Below the pieces are notes generated by a model. It was not told the origin of the DNA. It did not search any database and saw nothing but the letters and a program-made list of their open reading frames with translations. A stretch of DNA of 64,000 bases, taken from the IMG/VR virus record IMGVR_UViG_3300031801_000798, positions 3,004 to 67,003 of that record; one strand, 5' to 3'. This document shows positions 19,319 through 29,130 of the stretch, piece after piece. Both the position numbers and the translations under genes were made by a program. The first letter of the stretch is position 1. Every line of letters starts with the position of its first letter. This DNA is from a virus.

Positions 19319-21219
19319 TGTTCTAATTGATCCCTGACTCCCATGAGTTTATCTAATAATGACACGCCAAGTATATCAAACTTGACATGTCCCATAGCCT
19401 CTAAATCTGTCATCTCCATTCCAGCAATTTTATCAGAACCCTTTTTGTCTCTGACCATAGGACAAACGCTACTAAGGTTGTGGGACGAGATCACTACCCC
19501 AGCAGCATGTTTTCCTTGAGATTTAAATGTTCCTTCTATGCGCATGGCTTGTTCAAATAGCTTTGAGTATTCTCCCTCCAACTCTCCAGCATCATTCATC
19601 CTACAATAGTCTCTAAGAGAATCCGGTTGATTAATCAAGGACCACTTAATCACCGATGGCTCATCCATGTCAATCAACAGGTCAGAGATTTCGTGTTCGT
19701 GAGGAAGGCTCTTAGTGATGATATTCATCTCGTCAAAAGAACACGCCTCGTTCATCCTCAAGACCTCCTTTAGGGCGCTTCGTCCTTGTAGCCTTCCAAA
19801 GGTTACCATCTGACCGACCTTTTCTGAGCCATACTTAGACCTGATATAATCAATTACCTCGTCCCGCTTGGTAGCGGGTACGTCAATGTCAATATCTGGC
19901 AATGATACATGGTCTGCTGTGTTGCGTCCAGCATTGTAAAACCTCTCAAAGAGAAGACCAAATTCAATCGGGTCCACCTCCGTAATTCCTACAAGATATG
20001 AAATTAGACATCCCGCCGCCGACCCCCTGCCCGGACCCGGTAGCCAGCCGCAATCTTTAACCCTGTTAACTATGTCTCTGACAATAAGAAAATAACCAGA
20101 TAAATTAGCCCGACTGATAACATCTAGCTCCTGCTTTACCCTTTCAGTGTACAGTTTGTAGGATTCATCAGACGCAAGTTTTCCGATAGCGTTTAAGCGA
20201 TCCTTCCATCCACCGCGACACAGTTCCCGAAGAAAATCTTCTTCTTCTACCTCGTCTGGACAAGAGAATTTTGGAAGCATTGGCTTGCTAAGAATGCTAT
20301 AATCCTCACACATGTCTGCTATCATAATTGAATTAGCTAATTCAGCTTCTGTGTGAAGATTTTTCATCTCCTCTAGCGAGGGGATGTGGAAGTTATTTGA
20401 TTTTAAGAATCCTGCAAACCCTACATTTTCATTGTTTTTGACTTTGCTTTTAATGTTTCTTAGAGTTGTTTTCATAGCAGAGCATAGCAAGATGCTATGA
20501 TCTATCGCGTCTGCCTTGGTTGGATAATGAGAATCGGCAGTAGCTACAGACGGAAACTTATATTTTTTTGCTACATATCTCAGACCTTGAGCCACTAGTT
20601 TAGCAGCCGGTGAGTTTTCTTCGTCAATACACTGTATCTCGATAAGAAAGTTCTCTTTACCAAAGATATCCTTATACAAGTTTGCCTTATTAAGAACTTT
20701 TAATTCCCAGTCTGGATCAATATATTCCTTAACAACCATCTCGGTCTCTGCGCGATAGGCCTCTTTGAAGTCGGTAAAAATAATGTTTGCCAAATCGCTG
20801 CCAAGATGTCCACTAAATGCTATTAGATTTCCATCTGCGTACTCGCTCAGTAAATTTAGATCTAGTCTGGGTTTAAAATAAAACACGTCATCGTCATTAC
20901 TTCTGGAACTCGCCTCTATTAACCTATCCCAACCCGACTTATTCTTTGCAAGAACCACAAGATGACTTAGCGATCTATTCTCCTTCTCTTGAATCCGACA
21001 GTCTTCTTGACTAAGATAGAACTCGCAACCCATTATGGGCTTGATATTCTTTTTCTTCATAGCCCCTGTAAAAGATACCGCTCCAGAAATTGTGCCGTGA
21101 TCAGTAATCGCACAAGCGTTGTAGCCCAGATCGGCGCACCTATCCGCTACTTGCTGTGGCTTAGACAGGCCGTCTAACAAACTGTAGTGTGTGTGTAGGT
21201 GTAGTGGAACCCAACTCAT
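19315..21219 (-). CDS. dnaE: DNA polymerase III alpha subunit, N-terminal half (PHP, palm, thumb)
   Basis: HLHTHYSLLDG, ITDHG, TADSHY, GRGSAAG, LLFERF, PDIDID, GKHAAG, VKFDILG. Confidence 0.95.
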   Translation of the reverse strand: MSWVPLHLHTHYSLLDGLSKPQQVADRCADLGYNACAITDHGTISGAVSFTGAMKKKNIKPIMGCEFYLSQEDCRIQEKENRSLSHLVVLAKNKSGWDRLIEASSRSNDDDVFYFKPRLDLNLLSEYADGNLIAFSGHLGSDLANIIFTDFKEAYRAETEMVVKEYIDPDWELKVLNKANLYKDIFGKENFLIEIQCIDEENSPAAKLVAQGLRYVAKKYKFPSVATADSHYPTKADAIDHSILLCSAMKTTLRNIKSKVKNNENVGFAGFLKSNNFHIPSLEEMKNLHTEAELANSIMIADMCEDYSILSKPMLPKFSCPDEVEEEDFLRELCRGGWKDRLNAIGKLASDESYKLYTERVKQELDVISRANLSGYFLIVRDIVNRVKDCGWLPGPGRGSAAGCLISYLVGITEVDPIEFGLLFERFYNAGRNTADHVSLPDIDIDVPATKRDEVIDYIRSKYGSEKVGQMVTFGRLQGRSALKEVLRMNEACSFDEMNIITKSLPHEHEISDLLIDMDEPSVIKWSLINQPDSLRDYCRMNDAGELEGEYSKLFEQAMRIEGTFKSQGKHAAGVVISSHNLSSVCPMVRDKKGSDKIAGMEMTDLEAMGHVKFDILGVSLLDKLMGVRDQLEQ

Positions 21220-22217
21220 TTTTTCAATTTTCCTCCACCGCTTCCATAGGTAGAAAGCTTTGTCAAATTTCCATATTCAGATACAACTTTATTCACGCCC
21301 TTCTTCTTGATTTCGTCACGCATAAACTGGCATACGCTTTTATTGGTCCCCTCCTGATTTTCACTAAACTTGCACAGCTTACGACATTTCCAGTGTCGGT
21401 TTTCATCACATAGAAGTTTTGGGCGTTTTGAATTCTTGATGTATTGAAATTTTTTCTTCAAGATAGATTCTGCTTTAACATAATCCTGATCATCAAAGCA
21501 CATGGAAAAGAGGCCACCGCTGTTAATGTAGAAGATGCTAACACCGAAATCGTAATCCGGGTACATGTTCTTGAGGGCATAGTAGTAGAGCAGTAGCTGC
21601 GTGTCGCTCTGCAAAGATTCGAGAGTCTTCTCCTCACCCGTTGCCCAATTTATGCGCTTTCCGGTTTTGTAGTCAAGGATTTCGTAATATTTTTTATCGT
21701 GTTTGACTATTAGATCGACTGTTCCTTTAATGGCCAGTCTGCCTTCAATTTTTTCACCGCCTATATTGTAGCAGTACTTGGCCCAAGGCTCATCTATTTC
21801 GAAATCAAAGTACTCTTCAGTGGCAAACACGTTTTGATTTCTGGGATCCAGCAACCCATCATTATATTCTATAGCCTTGTGAACCCATTTGGTACAGGTC
21901 TTCAGGCTGGAGTTGTCTAGATCGACATCTGGTTCGTGACTGGTGTAATACTCAAAAGCTTTGGATGTAATTTTTTCTATGTTGTCACAATCTTCGAGAC
22001 TCAATCGACCTAACTCGCCGTCTGTAAAACTCTTATTGCCTCTGTTGAGGCATAATTTTTTATCCCCCAGAACCTGAAGTGCTTTGTGGGTAATCGTCCC
22101 CATTAAAGCCTTTTTATTAGTTTTGTCTTGAAACGACAAATTATATTGCAAGAAAAACTTTTGCTCGCAGAACTCAAGAGTACTAAGACTGCTGCTTCTT
22201 ATGTAGCATACTATCAT
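21216..22217 (-). CDS. PD-(D/E)XK exonuclease, RecB/Cas4-like with Fe-S-type Cys pattern
   Basis: N-terminal FCEQKF, GTITH, GTVDL, ILDYKTG, QLLLY, C-terminal CRKLC..C; ATG at 22217 preferred. Confidence 0.8.
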   Translation of the reverse strand: MIVCYIRSSSLSTLEFCEQKFFLQYNLSFQDKTNKKALMGTITHKALQVLGDKKLCLNRGNKSFTDGELGRLSLEDCDNIEKITSKAFEYYTSHEPDVDLDNSSLKTCTKWVHKAIEYNDGLLDPRNQNVFATEEYFDFEIDEPWAKYCYNIGGEKIEGRLAIKGTVDLIVKHDKKYYEILDYKTGKRINWATGEEKTLESLQSDTQLLLYYYALKNMYPDYDFGVSIFYINSGGLFSMCFDDQDYVKAESILKKKFQYIKNSKRPKLLCDENRHWKCRKLCKFSENQEGTNKSVCQFMRDEIKKKGVNKVVSEYGNLTKLSTYGSGGGKLKK

Positions 22218-22713
22218 GTATATTTTCCAGTTCTTTTTCTTCCATAATATAATTAAGGGGTCCATCCCTGTACAAGCGACGCTTGGTTTTTTTTACAACC
22301 TCGTTCCTCTTAGCGGAGCCGACGATCCAAACATTTGAATAGTCACTCTTGTCAACATAACATAGAACGTAATAATCTATTTCCTTGTTCGGTCTGTACG
22401 CTGGTACTCTCAGGTAAGGATCTTTCCAATAGGTAGTTGTCTTGACTTCGATGTTTCCGTATCCCTTGATGGTATTGTCTACACCGGCATCGCCATGTTC
22501 TTGAAAAATAGTCTTGTCCATCTCTACGCCAAAAAAATGGGCCACGGCAGCTTCACCTACCGCTCCAACAATATGCACATCCTCGGAGCTTTTGTATGTA
22601 TTGTTGTAACTCTTAGATCCAAACTTTTCCTTTTTGGCATCTCTTTGTTTAGCTATTTCCATAGCCTCTTTAAGTTTCTCTTGTGGTAGATCAATTTTTA
22701 CCCTATTATTCAT
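22183..22713 (-). CDS. putative PD-(D/E)XK nuclease-fold protein
   Basis: GAVGEAAV, GVD, IEVKTT; ATG at 22713 overlaps the cupin gene end. Confidence 0.5.
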   Translation of the reverse strand: MNNRVKIDLPQEKLKEAMEIAKQRDAKKEKFGSKSYNNTYKSSEDVHIVGAVGEAAVAHFFGVEMDKTIFQEHGDAGVDNTIKGYGNIEVKTTTYWKDPYLRVPAYRPNKEIDYYVLCYVDKSDYSNVWIVGSAKRNEVVKKTKRRLYRDGPLNYIMEEKELENIHDSMLHKKQQS

Positions 22714-23092
22714 TGTCTTCGCTTCGTTCATATTTATCTTCCATTCTAACGATATCGTCCTCTGAGCATTCTCCAAACTGCATCTCATAAACTACTAGAT
22801 CTATATCTCCCGTATTTATAAGCTGGTGAGAATCGTTTTTTCTAATCTCGATAGTGAACCCCGGTGCAACCTTCCAGTTGTTTACGTTATTCCATCTGAG
22901 TAAACCCGTGCCTTCTATTACATACCAAAATTCACTTCTCTTGCTATGCATTTGATACGATATTTCTTCGCCGGGAAGAATAACTATCTTTTTGAAAACA
23001 ACTCTATCACTTCTGAAATAATCTGTATATCCTCCCCAAGGCTTTTTGACGGAGAGAGTATATCCCATATATTCTATCGATTCTTCTTTCAT
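22706..23092 (-). CDS. cupin, type II mannose-6-phosphate isomerase C-terminal-like
   Basis: KPWGGY, SYQMHSKRSEFW, HQLIN, EMQFG..EDDIVRMED. Confidence 0.85.
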   Translation of the reverse strand: MKEESIEYMGYTLSVKKPWGGYTDYFRSDRVVFKKIVILPGEEISYQMHSKRSEFWYVIEGTGLLRWNNVNNWKVAPGFTIEIRKNDSHQLINTGDIDLVVYEMQFGECSEDDIVRMEDKYERSEDNE

Positions 23093-23871
23093 TATCCCAC
23101 CTTAGACTGCAACCATCCCCACTCTTTGAGAACGTCCATTAAAGCCCTATTGGCTTCATCCATATTTAAGTTAGCGTTATCAATCACATGATCATATTTT
23201 TCGTATTCATTTGTCAAAGCTGTTTCGCTTTCATGTCCATCATCATATGGGCATCTAGTCAGCCTGATTACTCTTCCTTCAGCATTTTTTATAGCGTCTA
23301 TCTCATTAGGAAATCTACAGTCAGAAACAATAGCAAGTTCAGCGTCACTTTCTTTTACTCTATCTAGACAGGACGATGTCCATACATCAGGCTTAATTGC
23401 TCTGCAAACATCAGTGCCAAACAGCTGTAAGAATTCTCTGGCTGTCAAAAACTTGTCGTCGCCCAAGTCTCTGTTCAGTAGCTTTTTTATGAACTTCCTC
23501 TTCACGGGGATTTTTGTGTTCTTATACTCATCAGAACCGTAGCATTGCTGCTCAGTAAGTCCAAATAGATGCATAGCCATGAGCTTGAGGGGGTCTGCAA
23601 AACTAAAAGCTTTTACGTATGGCCAAACCATCTGCGAGGCATAGTCAACAAACTCGTTATCCAGCCTGAAAACATCCAATACCCCTACGCCCTCCTCTTC
23701 GTCGCCCTTTTCATTGCTGGTCATGGCGTTGACAAGAAGATCTCCCTCGTCATTCATCATAAATTTGGTTACGACATCGTGAAGTCTGAGTTGGTATCCG
23801 TGTAAAAAGTTTGTACAAGTGGTTTTTCCACTCTGTTTTGCTCCAGATATACCTAGAATTTTCTGATCCAT
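23092..23871 (-). CDS. deoxynucleoside monophosphate kinase (T4 gp1-like)
   Basis: GAKQSGKTT, FADPLK, REFLQLFGTD, DCRFPNE, HESE. Confidence 0.85.
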   Translation of the reverse strand: MDQKILGISGAKQSGKTTCTNFLHGYQLRLHDVVTKFMMNDEGDLLVNAMTSNEKGDEEEGVGVLDVFRLDNEFVDYASQMVWPYVKAFSFADPLKLMAMHLFGLTEQQCYGSDEYKNTKIPVKRKFIKKLLNRDLGDDKFLTAREFLQLFGTDVCRAIKPDVWTSSCLDRVKESDAELAIVSDCRFPNEIDAIKNAEGRVIRLTRCPYDDGHESETALTNEYEKYDHVIDNANLNMDEANRALMDVLKEWGWLQSKVG

Positions 23872-24917
23872 TATATCATTCCCTCAAGTTGTGGTTTTAT
23901 TTCTTCGTTTATTTCAGCGACAGTCATTTCGCCAATGTCGTCTTTGGAAAACTCAGGACAGATGATATGGAACAGCCTGTCACATTTATGGATAATGGAC
24001 TGCTTCGCCTTGTCCCCAGCCTCATCATTATCTGTGAGGATGACTACATTCAAGGCTCCAGAAGTCTCAAGAATCCTAGCCTGACCATCGCTCAAACTAG
24101 ACCCAAACATTCCCACTGAGTTTCTTATGCCCGCCTCGTATAGTCTCCAAACGTCTCCCTGTCCCTCTACCAGTATGACAGTTTTGGTGTTTCTTATGGC
24201 GTCTCTTGCTAGCCAGTAACCATACAAATGAGCACCGGAATTAAAGTGTTTGGAATTTATCCACTTGTTTCCATTGCTATTTTCATGTGAGACCCTACCA
24301 ACACAACCAATCATGAATTTATGGTCATCATCATAAACCGGGGCAACAATTCTGTTTTTCATTTGTTTAGACTGATCTGTGCAGATCCCGATATCAAAAA
24401 CGTCCAAGGTTTTTTCGTCGTATCCCCTGTCTGTGTAATAAGCCACCGGTCTAGACAGGGTATCTCTCACGTCGCTTCTCCTCACCAAATACTTTGTTCT
24501 TGTGGCGTCTGGGTAAACCTTTTCAGACAATTCTATGAATTTTTTCAGTTTAAAATTCTTGCCCTCTTGCTCTAGTTCTTGTAAAGAAGAGGATGTAAAA
24601 TTAATAGCAAACTCAACTGCTTCAGGAAAAGAAACCTCTTCGCCTCTCTGCGCTGTTAATAAGCCTCTGATCAATCCTATCGGAGTGGGTACGAATTTGC
24701 TCTCACAGCCATGTGTCCAACATCTCCAGTATCCAAAGAATTGATCCCTAGTTGTGGTTACGGTAAAAGCTTGCGGGTTATCGGCCCCATCATGAATGGG
24801 GCATACAGAAGTAATTCTGTCGTACTGTTCAAAATATCTTACTCCAAATAGATCAAAAAGATCTGTAATTTTTTCTGCTATCTTGTTTGATAAAACTATC
24901 AGTTGATTCTTATCCAT
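23871..24917 (-). CDS. dnaG: DNA primase
   Basis: CPIH..CWTHGC zinc finger; TOPRIM LVEGQGD and TDNDEAG. Confidence 0.9.
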   Translation of the reverse strand: MDKNQLIVLSNKIAEKITDLFDLFGVRYFEQYDRITSVCPIHDGADNPQAFTVTTTRDQFFGYWRCWTHGCESKFVPTPIGLIRGLLTAQRGEEVSFPEAVEFAINFTSSSLQELEQEGKNFKLKKFIELSEKVYPDATRTKYLVRRSDVRDTLSRPVAYYTDRGYDEKTLDVFDIGICTDQSKQMKNRIVAPVYDDDHKFMIGCVGRVSHENSNGNKWINSKHFNSGAHLYGYWLARDAIRNTKTVILVEGQGDVWRLYEAGIRNSVGMFGSSLSDGQARILETSGALNVVILTDNDEAGDKAKQSIIHKCDRLFHIICPEFSKDDIGEMTVAEINEEIKPQLEGMI

Positions 24918-26374
24918 TAAAATGGGCTTTCTTTGTCATCTAAATTATCGATGCTAAAACCTGACTCTTTAGTATGCGTATCGAATTTAATCTCATTTCT
25001 CGTTTCTCTTTCTTCCACCCTAGCTACCTCGCCCCTCATTGACATGTTTATATAATCATAATCGTCTAAGCCGGAACCATGTCTGCTTACAATTGGAATC
25101 AACTTTCTGTTGCCGCTTTCTCCCTGATCCTCTGCGATTTCTTCATCCGACTTGTTCTTAAAAATAGAAAAGCTGCTACAAAGCCAAATGAGTCTATCGG
25201 AACCGCTGACAACATCGGTGCTTTCTTTTGTGATCCCGTCTCTGTTTAACTGGACAAAAGCTAAACAGGGGCAGTCATACTGGACGCAAAAATTGTGTAG
25301 CTGTGTAATTTGAAATCCTAAAACCTGAAACTCTTTCATGCTGTCATTTATCTGATTCGAATGCATGAGTTTAAGATAATCATATATAATCATACAGTCA
25401 TTTACACGTCCATTTTCATCGTAGCCTACGTTCTTGACTATCCATCTTCTGATTATGGACAAGGTTTCCTCAAAAGCCTTCCCGGCAATTGTCATGTAGC
25501 TAAGTGGGATCTCTTTAAATTTTTGCGTGGCCTGTTGAACTTTTTCTTTGTCGCATGCACTTATGGAAAATTTTCCCGTAGAGATATCATTGATGTTAAC
25601 ACCGCTGAAATTTCCTAGGATGCGATTGAAGTGATCTTCTTTGGACATCTCAGTGTCCAATAATAGAACGGGAATATCTAAATTCTCAGCAATGTTTACT
25701 GCAATGTTATCGGCCATCATGCTCTTGCCCACCTTGGGCCTAGCCGCTATAAGGTCTACGCATTTTCTCCTAAAGCCGCCACCTATAGCAGTGTCGTATC
25801 TCAAAAAACCGCTGCTAAGCCCAAGCATATCAGTGGGATTATCTTCTAGATAGGCAACGTAATCCTCAACTTCTTCACCCAATACAGAAGGCTTATTTTC
25901 TACAGAATGATTAAGGGCTGCGGAAAGGTCAAAAATTGGCCCTTCTGCTATGCTGAGAATTTCATCAATAGACTCTTCTCCGGTAACGTCACCGATGTCA
26001 GAATTTATCTTGCGTATCTTGGAGCGTATATCTCTTGCTACATCTAGCTTTTTGAGTTTTACTGCATGCTTTCTAACATTTTCTAATTCGATTTCAAAGC
26101 TTGCAAGCGCTTTGATATGATCCGAAGAGATTTTTTCATTGAAAAAATCATGCAACCCCAAGTCTTCCGCAGCGCTTAATATAGAAGGAAGGTCTATGCT
26201 AGAACTTTTACTAAGAACACGCTTTAGACAGGTGTATATTATCTGGTTTTCTTCTAGGGAAAAAGTATTGGTGTCGATGATATCATCAACATCAATAAAC
26301 GCATCCGCACCGTGTTGAAAAATTCCCGATAGAACTGCCCTTTCAGACGACGGATTGTTAATTAGCTTGACCAT
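24917..26374 (-). CDS. dnaB: replicative DNA helicase
   Basis: SERAVLSG, AARPKVGKS, DTEM, IIYDYL, VQLNR. Confidence 0.93.
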   Translation of the reverse strand: MVKLINNPSSERAVLSGIFQHGADAFIDVDDIIDTNTFSLEENQIIYTCLKRVLSKSSSIDLPSILSAAEDLGLHDFFNEKISSDHIKALASFEIELENVRKHAVKLKKLDVARDIRSKIRKINSDIGDVTGEESIDEILSIAEGPIFDLSAALNHSVENKPSVLGEEVEDYVAYLEDNPTDMLGLSSGFLRYDTAIGGGFRRKCVDLIAARPKVGKSMMADNIAVNIAENLDIPVLLLDTEMSKEDHFNRILGNFSGVNINDISTGKFSISACDKEKVQQATQKFKEIPLSYMTIAGKAFEETLSIIRRWIVKNVGYDENGRVNDCMIIYDYLKLMHSNQINDSMKEFQVLGFQITQLHNFCVQYDCPCLAFVQLNRDGITKESTDVVSGSDRLIWLCSSFSIFKNKSDEEIAEDQGESGNRKLIPIVSRHGSGLDDYDYINMSMRGEVARVEERETRNEIKFDTHTKESGFSIDNLDDKESPF

Positions 26375-26376
26375 GA

Positions 26377-26775
26377 CTACCTTCTAGAACATTTATCACA
26401 ACGGTAAAATTCCCTCCCCTGCATTAAGGATTCAGGAATCTTTTCTACGATATCACAAATATGACACCGGACATCAATTATAGAGGCTCTTGACCTCGTT
26501 CTTTTTGTGGGGTTTACTTGTGGGGTTTCAACATCTTTTGCCTCGATGCTATCGTCTAAAAACTGATTTTCTCCAGCATGGATTGGTTCTGTCCTCGCTA
26601 TTCTAGTTTTTCCCGGCGATTGATTTTGAGCGGGGGCTATAAAATCTTCTTTCGGATCGGGGGCTTGGTCAACCTTTGATAACGATTCCCCGGTTAATTT
26701 TTCAAAACCTTCAGTGACGAGGTGCATATTATTACTTAATATCCCAGATCTGATTTTATCCAGAGGGCTTGTCAT
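26377..26775 (-). CDS. hypothetical protein with C-terminal zinc ribbon
   Basis: CHIC..CDKC. Confidence 0.7.
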   Translation of the reverse strand: MTSPLDKIRSGILSNNMHLVTEGFEKLTGESLSKVDQAPDPKEDFIAPAQNQSPGKTRIARTEPIHAGENQFLDDSIEAKDVETPQVNPTKRTRSRASIIDVRCHICDIVEKIPESLMQGREFYRCDKCSRR

Positions 26776-27260
26776 GAGTATGTTTTCCTCTTGCTTAGCT
26801 CCATTAATGTATCAGCCATTTTTCTCATGTCTCTAATTTTATCTGTCAACCAAATGACTCTGGCTTCTGAAACCATTTTTGCATCAAATATTTTTTTAGC
26901 AAACTCATCCTGTTCGATAATAGTGAAATACTTCTGCTCCCACTTCATATATTTGCTGTAAGATTCCGCTTGTTTTGCGACGATCTTATTAAGCTGGCTG
27001 TCACACCAGTACAACTTAGCCTGATGTTTATTGAAAACTGATTGGACATAACTACAGTAGGCATATATGCAGTAAGCTTTTTCGCAACAGTCTTCGGAGG
27101 TCAAGGAATTTACTTCCACTCCAGTAAAATTAAGCGTTTCCTCAACTTCTGGATTTATCTGTATTCGTTGAACATCTTCCCCTATGATATAGGAATCAAT
27201 AGACTTGATAAAATCGTTCAACTCATCTATCGCGGATCTCTGTTTTCCATTCATCGTCAT
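26772..27260 (-). CDS. hypothetical helical protein (possible recombination mediator)
   Basis: all-helical pattern between recA and dnaB; function is a guess. Confidence 0.55.
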   Translation of the reverse strand: MTMNGKQRSAIDELNDFIKSIDSYIIGEDVQRIQINPEVEETLNFTGVEVNSLTSEDCCEKAYCIYAYCSYVQSVFNKHQAKLYWCDSQLNKIVAKQAESYSKYMKWEQKYFTIIEQDEFAKKIFDAKMVSEARVIWLTDKIRDMRKMADTLMELSKRKTYS

Positions 27261-27639
27261 CGCCTGTGTATTTTAAGGTAACAATATCAATCTTGTTCAG
27301 TCTGCACCAGCGCATCTTATCTCTATCTCTCGCCTGAGATTTATAGAAACCACTTTTTGTTTTATGGTAGAAATCAACGAACTCATAATGTTGCCTGCCG
27401 TGAACTTCTACTATAAGATTTCTTGAGGGTATAAAAAAATCGGCAAACAAAATTGAAGGCCGGGTGGTGGTGTTGCTGCCGGGGAGAGAAACTTCTTCCA
27501 AGATTATATCACGCCGGAACAGATCACGCAAGATTAATCTTGTTCTTTTGTGAAGTTTAGATTGTCTCCCCCTCTTTGCTTTACTCTTTTTAGGAAGCCT
27601 CCATTTTTTTTCTCTACCGTCGAAACCAGTAACAATCAA
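27223..27639 (-). CDS. DUF559/Vsr-like endonuclease
   Basis: ADFFIP, IVEVHGRQHY, RDRDK. Confidence 0.7.
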   Translation of the reverse strand: MIVTGFDGREKKWRLPKKSKAKRGRQSKLHKRTRLILRDLFRRDIILEEVSLPGSNTTTRPSILFADFFIPSRNLIVEVHGRQHYEFVDFYHKTKSGFYKSQARDRDKMRWCRLNKIDIVTLKYTGDDDEWKTEIRDR

Positions 27640-28706
27640 AACATCTCCTTGATTTCTTTCTCCAAAAACTTTAATGTCTCTGGATTATCGTTCAGAAAAG
27701 TCACCGCTTTATCTTGACCTTGAAATTGGAAGAATGATTTAACAGCCTTTTCGTCATCAATATCTACATCGTTCTGCTTTAGAAGATCTGAAAAGGTCTC
27801 CGCGTTTTCGATGAGATAACTGCAAGTGTACCAAGCCCCAGCCTTACCGATCACATCTAGATCCACAGCCATGATAAAAAGCTCTTGTGTTTTATCTATG
27901 CCGTGTCCATATCGTAGCCAACTCTGCGCCTCACCACCCGGAAATCCCCCCGCAGCGGAGGTCATGATTTTCCAATGAATCATTTGTCCGATTTGAGACC
28001 CACCAACCTCCCACGGCTTGATGTATTTGATCTCTAAAATATTGTCTGTCTGATACTGTATGCCCCTTCCACCATCAGGAACCTTGGTCTTTCCAAACCC
28101 TGACGTGTTAGCAATCAAGTGAACGATCATAAGGATGATAGCATGCTGTCGAGGAACGGTGCCTCCGAGTTTTTTGCACCAATTCTTTAAAAGCTTTGGG
28201 AGTGATGGGCGGAATTGAGCATTAACATCGTCAATCAATTCCTTTTCTGGAATTAAAGCTGAAATAGAGTCTACTATAAGAACGCAGTTCGGCGTTTGTC
28301 TTATGTAGGTCTCTGCGATATTAAGATACTGCTCTGCGCTCATGGGTTCGTCATTAGCGCCGACTACTTTTATTCTTTCTCGATCTAGCCCATGAACACC
28401 GGAAAGGTTCATAGATTTTAGCCTTCCCTCTACGTCCATATAAATAATTGGACGGCTATCATACTCTTCGGACTGACAAGTAGCAGCGAACTGTAGAGCC
28501 GTCGTGGTTTTTCCGCTTTTTGGGTCTCCCATCAAAGTAACCCAGCTTCCCTCCTGAATACCTCCACCCAGAGCTAGGTCTAATGCTGGACTTACCGGTA
28601 TGATTTGAAGTTTGGAACGCTCCTCGAAAATTTCGGACCCACTTTTGACAACGTCTCCATATTTTTTTATTATTTCTTTGGTAGTTGTTTCATCTAAAGT
28701 AGCCAT
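27636..28706 (-). CDS. recA: RecA recombinase
   Basis: LDLALGGG, GDPKSGKTT, DVEG, VDSISAL, PDGGRGI, GAWY. Confidence 0.92.
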   Translation of the reverse strand: MATLDETTTKEIIKKYGDVVKSGSEIFEERSKLQIIPVSPALDLALGGGIQEGSWVTLMGDPKSGKTTTALQFAATCQSEEYDSRPIIYMDVEGRLKSMNLSGVHGLDRERIKVVGANDEPMSAEQYLNIAETYIRQTPNCVLIVDSISALIPEKELIDDVNAQFRPSLPKLLKNWCKKLGGTVPRQHAIILMIVHLIANTSGFGKTKVPDGGRGIQYQTDNILEIKYIKPWEVGGSQIGQMIHWKIMTSAAGGFPGGEAQSWLRYGHGIDKTQELFIMAVDLDVIGKAGAWYTCSYLIENAETFSDLLKQNDVDIDDEKAVKSFFQFQGQDKAVTFLNDNPETLKFLEKEIKEMF

Positions 28707-28707
28707 G

Positions 28708-29130
28708 TTAACCTTCCATCTCCCTCAGTTTCTGAACATTGCTTTTACTTCCATATGGCTTTCTTGGGGAAGAAGAGCCGCTTGTCTTATATTCTTGTGG
28801 TTTAGTCGGTATAGATTTTTTGCTATCTATTTGACTTTGCTCTTGTTTGATTAAATTCTCTAGGTTTTTAAGTCGAAGAGAATAGATCCTTTTGCCAGCG
28901 GGGGATCTGAGAGCGTTGATAATGGCAAGATCATCATATTTTTTGAGAAGAGCATATGCTTTTGTCACCTGACTGCGGAATTTATTTTTCCACTTTTCGG
29001 TATTCCACAGTTTGAAAGCCGGTTGCCCCTCGTTGGCTGATTCCGCTTCTCTGAGGCAAACCATTTCAGCAATATATTGAGCAGCATTACAGTTCTGTCC
29101 CGTCGTCACATGCTGATAGACTTTTGTCAT
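28708..29130 (-). CDS. hypothetical protein
   Basis: 140-aa ORF within the operon. Confidence 0.7.
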   Translation of the reverse strand: MTKVYQHVTTGQNCNAAQYIAEMVCLREAESANEGQPAFKLWNTEKWKNKFRSQVTKAYALLKKYDDLAIINALRSPAGKRIYSLRLKNLENLIKQEQSQIDSKKSIPTKPQEYKTSGSSSPRKPYGSKSNVQKLREMEG

